Below, piece by piece: positions 37,859 through 44,807 of a stretch of DNA of 64,000 nucleotides. The position numbers were made by a program, and so were the translations under genes. Origin of the DNA: an uncultured Candidatus Saccharibacteria bacterium (GTDB lineage Bacteria; Patescibacteriota; Saccharimonadia; Saccharimonadales; Saccharimonadaceae); NCBI GenBank assembly GCA_963516005.1, contig CAUPYP010000001.1, positions 39,400 to 103,399 on the forward strand. Reading direction: 5' to 3'. Positions within the stretch are counted from its first letter, which is position 1. Every line of letters starts with the position of its first letter. The notes under the pieces are model-generated. The model did not search any database and had not been told where the DNA came from. It saw only the letters and a list, made by a program, of their open reading frames with translations.

Positions 37859-38563
37859 ATGAATAACTCAGAGTGGAGCGCGTTGGATTTAGGGCAAAAC
37901 ACCATTGTAGCACACGAACTAAAAAGTCCGTTGGCGCTGATTCGTCAGATGTCGTTGTTTTTGACGCAGAATCAACTCGAGCCAGCTAAAACTCAGCGCT
38001 ATTTGCAACAAATTGTTGCCACCTCCGAGCGAGCCTTGCGGTTGACTAATGGTCTCAGTCGGTTGGCGAATCTAGATCAATTACCACTAAATCTCGAGCC
38101 AATTAACGTGGCTGAACTCTGTAAGCAAGTCGAACTTGAACTCAATCCGTTGTTTAAATTACATCAAAAACGCTTATTGGTGCGCAAAAAACGTCGTCAA
38201 TATCTAGCGGTGGCGGATTATTTTTTATTGAAGTCGGTGTTAATTCAGTTCTGTGATAATGCACTGCACTATGCGGATGCGCATCATCCAGTCAAAATCG
38301 AAATTGCCCAGACAAAACAAGCAATTCGGGTGAGTGTTAAAGATCGCGGACCACGTTTGCCAACTGCGGTTTGGCGTCAGCTCAATGCTAATCGTCTAGC
38401 CCCGCAAGCTATCGCTTCTCGTCCGCAGAGTAGTGGAATTGGACTCTGTATAGCTCAGCAATTCGCCGAGGCAATGTCGGCGCGCATCGGCGCTCAGTCA
38501 CATACTGACGGAGTTAGTTTTTATATCGATTTAATGGTTTCTAATCAGTTGTCACTGTTATGA
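37859..38563 (+). CDS. Cytoplasmic histidine kinase lacking TM and sensor domains
   Basis: The ATG at 37859 is preferred. H-box AHELKSPLA, N-box FCDNALHYA, G1 VKDRGPRL and G2 SGIGLCIA are present. Confidence 0.75.
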   Translation: MNNSEWSALDLGQNTIVAHELKSPLALIRQMSLFLTQNQLEPAKTQRYLQQIVATSERALRLTNGLSRLANLDQLPLNLEPINVAELCKQVELELNPLFKLHQKRLLVRKKRRQYLAVADYFLLKSVLIQFCDNALHYADAHHPVKIEIAQTKQAIRVSVKDRGPRLPTAVWRQLNANRLAPQAIASRPQSSGIGLCIAQQFAEAMSARIGAQSHTDGVSFYIDLMVSNQLSLL

Positions 38564-38964
38564 TAAGAGCGCAAATTACCACTGATGGCGTTTCAACAAG
38601 TAAGCTACCGCTCGTCATGGTGGTGGATGATGATGTGTTTTTGGGGCAATTAGTTCAGGATGTGCTAGATGAATATCAAGTTGTGCTGTGTACTGATGCG
38701 GTGATGGCGTTAGAGCAACTCGATGAGCTAACGCCACAAGCAATGATTATCGATTTGTTAATGCCGGCGGCGACTGGTTTTAGTTTGATTCAGGAGTTAA
38801 TTTCACATGACGATCTCAATAAAATCCCGTTAATTATTTGTTCAAGCGTGGCAAATGAAGTTGACGCCGAGTTTTTGCAGGCGAGTGGTGTACGGGCGAT
38901 TCTAGACAAGAATACTATCCAGCCTCAGGATTTAAAATTAACACTTAAACGGCTTGGTATATGA
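38560..38964 (+). CDS. Stand-alone response-regulator receiver domain (CheY-like)
   Basis: Its start overlaps the kinase stop (ATGA). Acidic pocket VVDDD, phospho-acceptor context MIIDLLMP, then IICSS and LDK. Confidence 0.8.
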   Translation: MIRAQITTDGVSTSKLPLVMVVDDDVFLGQLVQDVLDEYQVVLCTDAVMALEQLDELTPQAMIIDLLMPAATGFSLIQELISHDDLNKIPLIICSSVANEVDAEFLQASGVRAILDKNTIQPQDLKLTLKRLGI

Positions 38965-39013
38965 TGTTAAAAACACAACATTATCTAAAAACCGCACTGT
39001 TCAGGAGGTTGCA

Positions 39014-39694
39014 ATGAGTCAGTTTTTGCGGACGCAGGCGATTATTTTACGGCGGACTAACTACGGTGAAGCTGATAAAATTATCAATTTCTTAACCACT
39101 GACGGTCAGTTGTCAGCTGTGGCACGGGGTATTCGCAAGGCAGGCAGTAAGCTGGCCGGGGCGCTTGAGCCGTTTAGCGTAGTGGAGCTGGTGTTAGTTA
39201 AAACTCGCGGTGATTTATATCGGATTACCAGTGCTAATTTGTTGGAATATTTTGATCAAATTATCGCTTCGTATGAGCGGTTAGAACTCGGTTATTATTT
39301 CATGAAAATTGCCAGTCGGCTCAGTCAGGATTTGGACGGTGATTATTGGTTTGTGATTTTAAAACAAACACTGGAAGTGCTTAATCAGCCAACGATTGAT
39401 ATGCGCTTAATTAAGGCTTGGTTTAATTTTCAGGCGGCGATTGCGCAGGGTGAGGCTTTTAACTGGGAACTAACAGCTGATGGACAGGCGACGCAATTAA
39501 CGCAGAATTACAACTATGACGTCGGGCAAAAAGTCTTAATGCCTGATTCGCATGGTCGAATTACTAGTGATGTCTTAAAGCTTATCAAAGTGTTAAATCT
39601 CTACGACCTGCCAACAGTAGCGCGGATTAGAGGTGTGGAACCATATCTAGACTTATTATTAAATGTGTCAGTGGCACATTTGAGTATGGAATAA
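39014..39694 (+). CDS. recO: DNA repair protein RecO
   Basis: N-terminal OB fold (LRTQAIILRRTNYGEADKII). About 226 aa from the ATG at 39014. Confidence 0.8.
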   Translation: MSQFLRTQAIILRRTNYGEADKIINFLTTDGQLSAVARGIRKAGSKLAGALEPFSVVELVLVKTRGDLYRITSANLLEYFDQIIASYERLELGYYFMKIASRLSQDLDGDYWFVILKQTLEVLNQPTIDMRLIKAWFNFQAAIAQGEAFNWELTADGQATQLTQNYNYDVGQKVLMPDSHGRITSDVLKLIKVLNLYDLPTVARIRGVEPYLDLLLNVSVAHLSME

Positions 39695-39708
39695 AGGTTG
39701 ATATTAAA

Positions 39709-39730
39709 ATACCCGCATTATTGCGGGTAT
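39709..39730. terminator. Hairpin between recO and the convergent AT-rich gene
   Basis: Stem ATACCCGCA / TGCGGGTAT. The right arm overlaps the last codons of gene 39718-40233. Confidence 0.5.
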
Positions 39731-40233
39731 TGCATTGGTGGGTATTTTTTTATATGATTTTGGAATGCCATTTCATTAATGAAGTTGACATTGCCGTAGT
39801 GCTTGAGATCTTGTCTCATTTTTTTGAATGTCTTTCCCTTTTTAGAGTCGACATTTGTTGCATCTACTTTCATAATTAAATGATGCATATAAGGTCCTTC
39901 TTCAGAGTTATTTCTAGCTCGTGACATGAACACATAATGACTCGAGCTTTTAATAACTGATGCAGTTTTAAGTTGTTTGAGACGTATGTGTATTTGTCTA
40001 CCGTCGCTCTCCTGCATCTTTGCTTTAAGAAGTGCAACAATCTGTTGCTTATCTTTTTTATAAATTGCTTGAAAATAATCAATCTCATTATTGCCAATGC
40101 TAGCAACATTGAGTGACAAGAAATCAATACAGCATATGTGCTCATCACTATATTTATTTTCTATTAAGCATGCGTATTGCTTGCCTCGATAAGTTATTGT
40201 GTGATACGATAATAATCTTTTTTTATTTTTCAT
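39718..40233 (-). CDS. Hypothetical Lys-rich protein, AT-rich gene
   Basis: The ATG at 40233 follows a strong AGGAGG RBS. It is visibly more AT-rich than its neighbours. No family recognised. Confidence 0.55.
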   Translation of the reverse strand: MKNKKRLLSYHTITYRGKQYACLIENKYSDEHICCIDFLSLNVASIGNNEIDYFQAIYKKDKQQIVALLKAKMQESDGRQIHIRLKQLKTASVIKSSSHYVFMSRARNNSEEGPYMHHLIMKVDATNVDSKKGKTFKKMRQDLKHYGNVNFINEMAFQNHIKKYPPMQYPQ

Positions 40234-40371
40234 AAATCCTCCTAGAAAAATAGAGCGCACTAGGCGCTCAAAGTAGTTTTAACTATCTTAAGAGCCACTT
40301 TAGATGTAAAAGAACTAATAAGACGCCTATATTGTATCAGAAAATGCTTATTTTGCAAGCATAAACAGTTT

Positions 40372-40404
40372 CAAAAACCACCTTGTCGCATGAGGAGAAG
40401 GTGG
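40372..40404 (-). terminator. Intrinsic terminator after gene 40431-40844
   Basis: On the - strand the stem CCACCTT / AAGGTGG is followed by TTTTTG. Confidence 0.6.
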
Positions 40405-40430
40405 TTGATGATGATCATGAAACGCTGATT

Positions 40431-40844
40431 TTAAGCCAATTCACGCTGTAAAACCTGCAGACCGCGCTGGAACATTGACTGGCGCTTGGTGTTAAGCTGT
40501 TGATTCATCACCAGAGCGATACGCATCAGCTGAGAGTTGGTCTCTTGCTCTTGCTTCAAAATATCAGTCAAGAGATTGTCGATATTAACCGTCTTGAGGG
40601 TAGCGTTAAACTTGCCGAATTCATCGAGTGTAATTTTAATCGCTAAATCTTTGGCCTCGAGAATATTATTAAAACCGAGCGTCACGTCACGAAAAGTAGG
40701 CTGACCGTGCTCAAAGCGCGCTAGGGCAGAATTGACTTCTCGCAAAATTTCCAAGCTAGCATAGAGTGCTGTCGCCCGAGTCTGAACCACGGGATTTTTG
40801 GCACTAAAAAGTAGCTCTAAAAACTGTTTTAGATCTGATTTCAA
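40431..40844 (-). CDS. Hypothetical helical cytoplasmic protein
   Basis: TTG start after AAGGA. It has its own TTGACT-17-TATAAT promoter and its own terminator. Confidence 0.6.
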   Translation of the reverse strand: MKSDLKQFLELLFSAKNPVVQTRATALYASLEILREVNSALARFEHGQPTFRDVTLGFNNILEAKDLAIKITLDEFGKFNATLKTVNIDNLLTDILKQEQETNSQLMRIALVMNQQLNTKRQSMFQRGLQVLQRELA

Positions 40845-40885
40845 ATTGTTTATCCTTTTTTGTGTTATTAATTAATAATATCTTC

Positions 40886-40914
40886 ATTATAGCATAATTA
40901 TTATAAAAAGTCAA
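40886..40914 (-). promoter_or_regulatory. Promoter TTGACT-17-TATAAT for gene 40431-40844
   Basis: On the - strand the -35 is at 40909-40914 and the -10 at 40886-40891. Confidence 0.55.
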
Positions 40915-40989
40915 TTATCATCCCGCGCTCAGTATCTGTAAAATTCACTCAATTCTGGTATAATAAAAAGCAGAAGAAACGGAGATAAC

Positions 40990-42342
40990 ATGAAACAAGA
41001 TGATACAATGGCGAAATTGATTGCGCTAGCCAAGCGACGCGGGTTTATTTATCAGGGTAGTGAAGTATACGGTGGTCTGTCGGGAACTTGGGATTATGGT
41101 CCGCTGGGTGTAGCATTGAAGCGCAAAATTATCAATCGCTTCTGGCAAATATTTATTGATGGACGCGACGATATGTATGGCGTTGACGCAGCGATTTTGA
41201 TGAACCAAAAAGTCTGGCGGGCGAGTGGGCATGTTGAGACTTTTGTTGATCCGTTGTGCGAGGATGTAGTGACCAAAAAACGCTATCGCACTGATCATGT
41301 TCTAAAAGACAATGGTTTGTCGGCAGACGGCTTGACAATGGCAGAAATGGATGCGCTGATTATCGAAAAAGGCATTAAATCGCCAGATGGCAACCCTTTG
41401 AGCGCCTCACGAGTGTTTAATATGATGTTTAAAACTAATGTCGGTGCGATGGAGAGTGAGGATTCAGTCAGCTATCTGCGACCAGAGACGGCACAGGGTA
41501 TTTTTACGAATTATCGGAATGTAGTGGATTGCTTTTATCCGGATTTACCGTTCGGTATTGGCCAGGTGGGTAAGGCTTTTCGTAACGAAATCAGCCCACG
41601 AGATTTTGTGTTCCGATCGCGTGAGTTTGAACAAATGGAAATTGAATATTTTGTTAATCCGAACGATTGGGAACGGGCGTTTGAAGAGTGGCGTCAGGCG
41701 TTTTGGGATTTTCTAACTGGTTTAGGTTTGCCGAAAGAAGCGATTCATGAGTTAGAAGTGCCAGAGGCGGATCGTGCCCATTACTCGAAGCGGACGATTG
41801 ATTTTGAATTTGATTATCCAGGTCTCGGTCGGGAAGAATTGATGGGAATTGCCTATCGTACGGATTTCGACCTCAATAATATTGAGCGAGCTAGTGGTAA
41901 AAAGATGGAATATCTCGTCAAAGGCTCAAATGAAAGGTTCGTGCCACATGTGATTGAGCCAAGTATTGGCGTCGAGCGACTACTGATGGCGGTATTGGCG
42001 ACGGCTTATACTGAGGATCAAGTTGGTGGCGAGACTCGAGTGGTATTGCGTCTGTCAGAAGAATTGGCACCAGTACGCTATTGCGTATCGCCACTGCTCA
42101 AAAACAAACCAGCGCTAGTCGAAAAAGCCCGCGAAGTGTATCGTGCTTTGAAACAAAAATACGGCAATGTGGTCTGGGATGACAATGGCAATATCGGTAA
42201 ACGCTATCGCCGTCAGGATGAAATCGGTACACCGTATTGTGTCGTGGTGGACTTTGATAGTCTCGAGGATAACACTGTAACTGTGCGTGAGCGTGACACA
42301 GCTGAACAAAAGCGAGTAGCTATTAGCGAACTAATTGGTTAA
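40990..42342 (+). CDS. glyQS: Glycyl-tRNA synthetase, dimeric (alpha2) type
   Basis: RRGFIYQGSEVYGGLSGTWDYGPLG, FRNEISPR and a C-terminal anticodon-binding domain. Confidence 0.95.
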   Translation: MKQDDTMAKLIALAKRRGFIYQGSEVYGGLSGTWDYGPLGVALKRKIINRFWQIFIDGRDDMYGVDAAILMNQKVWRASGHVETFVDPLCEDVVTKKRYRTDHVLKDNGLSADGLTMAEMDALIIEKGIKSPDGNPLSASRVFNMMFKTNVGAMESEDSVSYLRPETAQGIFTNYRNVVDCFYPDLPFGIGQVGKAFRNEISPRDFVFRSREFEQMEIEYFVNPNDWERAFEEWRQAFWDFLTGLGLPKEAIHELEVPEADRAHYSKRTIDFEFDYPGLGREELMGIAYRTDFDLNNIERASGKKMEYLVKGSNERFVPHVIEPSIGVERLLMAVLATAYTEDQVGGETRVVLRLSEELAPVRYCVSPLLKNKPALVEKAREVYRALKQKYGNVVWDDNGNIGKRYRRQDEIGTPYCVVVDFDSLEDNTVTVRERDTAEQKRVAISELIG

Positions 42343-43125
42343 ATGTATATGGAAATAATTCGCTCGCGTCAAAATACAAAAATCAAGCAAATTGCCAAGC
42401 TAGTCACTGAGGCTAAAGCTCGGCGTCAGGCTGGTTTGACGGTTATTGATGGGGTGAGTTTTGTCCGGGATTATATCGCGAAATTTGGTCAGCTAGAGAT
42501 GTTGCTGATTGATGAAACTAAACAAGAGCGTGTGCGGGCCGTCTCGGAGTTGGCGAGTGAATATATTTTGGTATCGCCAGAAGTGATGAAACTAATCTCT
42601 CCAGTCAAAACCAATGCCGGTGTCTTGGCGGTGGTTAAAATCCCAACCATGTCTCAATTCCATGCCACCGAACAATCGGTAATTTTGATCGATCAAGTGC
42701 AGGATCCGGGTAACCTCGGGGCGATTTGTCGCTTGGCGCTGGCAGTTGGTATTAAAGATATCGTGTTGGCTGATGGCTCGGTGGATGCGTTTGCGCCGAG
42801 CGTGATTCGAGCTAGCGCTGGTGCGGTATTTGATTTAAATATTTACCAAAAAACTGATTTGGCACAGTTTATTATGACACATACGGAGTATCAATTTATC
42901 GCGACGAGTTCACATGCTGAGAAAAATATCTTTGAGCTAGATCTGACTGGCAAAATTGGCTGGTTGGTGGGCAATGAAGGTGCAGGGGTTTCACCGACGC
43001 TTTTGCAGTTAGCGACTTTGACAACTAAAATCCCGCAATCTGATCAGTTGGAATCGCTTAATTTGGCGATGGCCACGACAGTTTGTTTATATGAACAATA
43101 TCGCCAAAATCTACGTTTAAGCTAG
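42343..43125 (+). CDS. TrmH/SpoU-family RNA 2'-O-methyltransferase (RlmB-like)
   Basis: DQVQDPGNLGAICR, GNEGAGVS and ESLNLAMATTVCLYE. The start could instead be the ATG at 42349. Confidence 0.85.
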   Translation: MYMEIIRSRQNTKIKQIAKLVTEAKARRQAGLTVIDGVSFVRDYIAKFGQLEMLLIDETKQERVRAVSELASEYILVSPEVMKLISPVKTNAGVLAVVKIPTMSQFHATEQSVILIDQVQDPGNLGAICRLALAVGIKDIVLADGSVDAFAPSVIRASAGAVFDLNIYQKTDLAQFIMTHTEYQFIATSSHAEKNIFELDLTGKIGWLVGNEGAGVSPTLLQLATLTTKIPQSDQLESLNLAMATTVCLYEQYRQNLRLS

Positions 43126-43237
43126 TAATAACTAATTATTGCTAAATTAGTAAAATAATGATTTTAAGTTTGTATTTATAATAAAAGCTGTTTTGGATAT
43201 TGACATATAAGCATAAGTGTGATAGAATGCTGGTATT

Positions 43238-43801
43238 ATGAAACAAAACAAACAAAAATCAACCAAAAAAGCCCAAGTATCATTTTGGCAACAAGAAGTA
43301 TCATTTGACCTGAAAAAAAGTCCAGTTTTGAACTTTTTCAAACAAGACGTCGATATGGATATTAATAATAGTCCAATCGTGAAGTTTTTAAATAAAGAGA
43401 TTAACACTGACTTGAAACAAAGCCCAGTGCTAAACTTCTTGAAACAAGATATTGACATGAATGTCAACAATAGTCCAGTTGTTAAATTCTTAAACAAAGA
43501 GATTGAGACTGATTTAACCAAAAGCCCGATATTGAACTTTTGTAAACAAGAAGTGACTCTCGGTGGTTTTGCTGATGTGTCAGCGAGTCCAATCCTGAAC
43601 TGGTTTAAGCCTGCTAAAGTCAAAACTCGCACTGCTAAAATCGCGACTGACGAAGTTGTTGTCAAAGCCATCGACAAGGATTTTGTCATCAGCTGTCTGA
43701 TTGTGTCATTACTAATGAATATGTTTATGCTGATTTCGTGGTTATACTACCAAGTGGACCCAGCATCACGCCAGGCTATCATTCAGATGATTTTTGGCTA
43801 A
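43238..43801 (+). CDS. Tail-anchored protein made of 17-aa SP(V/I)(L/V)(N/K)F tandem repeats
   Basis: At least six repeats (SPVLNFFKQDVDMDINN, SPIVKFLNKEINTDLKQ ...) and one C-terminal TM helix. The antisense ORF 43147-43689 is a shadow. Confidence 0.65.
   Translation: MKQNKQKSTKKAQVSFWQQEVSFDLKKSPVLNFFKQDVDMDINNSPIVKFLNKEINTDLKQSPVLNFLKQDIDMNVNNSPVVKFLNKEIETDLTKSPILNFCKQEVTLGGFADVSASPILNWFKPAKVKTRTAKIATDEVVVKAIDKDFVISCLIVSLLMNMFMLISWLYYQVDPASRQAIIQMIFG
43319..43612 (+). repeat. In-frame 51-bp tandem repeats (102-bp double unit) inside CDS 43238-43801
   Basis: The DNA periodicity mirrors the 17-aa peptide repeats. The units diverge mainly at synonymous or conservative positions. Confidence 0.7.
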
Positions 43802-43820
43802 AATCACTCTCAAAATAAAA

Positions 43821-43850
43821 ACGCTACCCACTAAGGTGGCGTTTTTTTTA
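43821..43850 (+). terminator. Intrinsic terminator after the repeat-protein gene
   Basis: Stem ACGCTACC / GGTGGCGT followed by TTTTTTTT. Confidence 0.7.
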
Positions 43851-43913
43851 GATTTTGACCGCTAAGCTCATAACAGGGGTGAATAGGGCGGGGCGATATT
43901 AAAAAATCCACAC

Positions 43914-43935
43914 TTTTCCACAGTTCTGTGGAAAA
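43914..43935. promoter_or_regulatory. Perfect 10-bp inverted repeat TTTTCCACAG-tt-CTGTGGAAAA (DnaA-box-like half sites)
   Basis: Read directly from the sequence. Each half contains TTTTCCACA, one mismatch from the DnaA box TTATCCACA. An extra AAATCCACA lies at 43904-43912. Confidence 0.4.
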
Positions 43936-43975
43936 CTAGCTAAAAATCGGCTACTTTGTAATAAAAAAGTCGAAA

Positions 43976-44023
43976 ATGGGGGTTGCAGTGGGTGAAAGTG
44001 GGTAGTATAATGAAGTCAGTGGA
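43976..44023 (+). promoter_or_regulatory. mraZ/dcw promoter (TTGCAG-17-TATAAT) overlapped by phased (A/G)TGGG boxes (putative MraZ operator)
   Basis: ATGGG is at 43976, GTGGG at 43988 and 43998, and GTGGA at 44019, giving spacings of about 10-12 and 21 nt. The -35 is at 43983-43988 and the -10 at 44006-44011. Confidence 0.5.
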
Positions 44024-44084
44024 AAACTAAAAACAAAAACCACTAAAAAACAAACTTTAAAAAACCTATGAGAGAAAGGTAAAA

Positions 44085-44453
44085 ATGGACACAGACTATT
44101 TCGAAAGGAAGCTCGATGACAAGAACCGCTTGACCATCCCAGCTGACTTGCGCAAAGAGTTTGAATCCGGATTGATCCTGACTCGCGGTTTTGGAAAATA
44201 CCTACATCTTTATTCAAAAAATGTTTGGGATAAAGAAGTAGAACCAGCTTTGGAAGGTAGCATTCTCGACGAGAAAGTTGCCGACATCAACGTTCGGTTC
44301 CGCCGTGGTAAAACCGGTGGGATGCTCGACCAAAAACAAGGTCGCATTACCATCGAAAAGCATTTACTGGATTACGCTGGAATTGACCGTGATGTAGTTG
44401 CTGTTAGGGCTGGTAAGTATTGGCGATTAATGCGTCCGGACAGTCTCGATTGA
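44085..44453 (+). CDS. mraZ: Transcriptional regulator MraZ
   Basis: Two SpoVT/AbrB-like halves carry the DxxxR motifs (DDKNRLTIP, DQKQGRITI). It is the first gene of the dcw cluster. Confidence 0.8.
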   Translation: MDTDYFERKLDDKNRLTIPADLRKEFESGLILTRGFGKYLHLYSKNVWDKEVEPALEGSILDEKVADINVRFRRGKTGGMLDQKQGRITIEKHLLDYAGIDRDVVAVRAGKYWRLMRPDSLD

Positions 44454-44488
44454 CCGATGGCTCATCGCACCCCTGCACATTAACAATT

Positions 44489-44750
44489 CATTCTAGGTCG
44501 GATATCTGGTAACTTGACGGTGGAAGATATTCGAAAACCACCTCACAAAAGTTTCGACGCACTAATACATAAAACACACACCTCCCAAATTCACATATAA
44601 GTCTCTCAAGCGGTTGTTTCTCTCTCCCTTATTTGGAAACAACCGAACCTTATATAATAAAGAATTTAGAACAACTCTATAACACTTTTTTAAAAAACAA
44701 ACACTTAACAAACACAAACAGTTAAGTTATCAGATACCTGACCTAGAATG
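44489..44750 (+). repeat. 262-nt element bounded by 30-nt imperfect inverted repeats (structured RNA or MITE-like insertion) between mraZ and rsmH
   Basis: The arms are 44489-44518 (CATTCTAGGTCGGATATCTGGTAACTTGAC) and 44721-44750 (GTTAAGTTATCAGATACCTGACCTAGAATG). 26 of 30 positions are complementary, and 3 of the 4 exceptions are G-U on the + strand RNA. An internal perfect 10-bp hairpin spans 44611-44645. Confidence 0.5.
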
Positions 44751-44778
44751 ACACTGTTAGAAAGGTAGAACCTGCCGT

Positions 44779-44807
44779 TTGAGTTTATAAGCGGTTTAGG
44801 TTACAAT
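44779..44807 (+). promoter_or_regulatory. rsmH-proximal promoter TTGAGT-17-TACAAT, 7 nt upstream of ATG 44815
   Basis: Read directly from the sequence. It lies just after the inverted-repeat element. Confidence 0.45.

Noticed and set aside
40844-40990. T-box or other leader upstream of the aminoacyl-tRNA synthetase genes (glyQS, lysS, serS, proS).
   Set aside because: The upstream spacers are only about 40-150 nt and are occupied by promoters. They are too short for a T-box, and no specifier or antiterminator architecture is visible.
43319-43612. Regular 51-bp repeats, considered as a possible CRISPR-like or satellite array.
   Set aside because: The repeats are in frame within a single ORF and have no unique spacers. 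The divergence pattern preserves the peptide, so this is a protein repeat.
43147-43689. 180-aa ORF antisense to the repeat-protein gene. The same applies to other long antisense ORFs, e.g. 33092-33496, 36289-36627, 1012-1344, 54098-54430 and 59465-59785.
   Set aside because: They lie entirely inside better-supported genes on the opposite strand. They have no RBS or promoter, and their composition is low-complexity or the mirror image of the real gene. I treat them as shadow ORFs.
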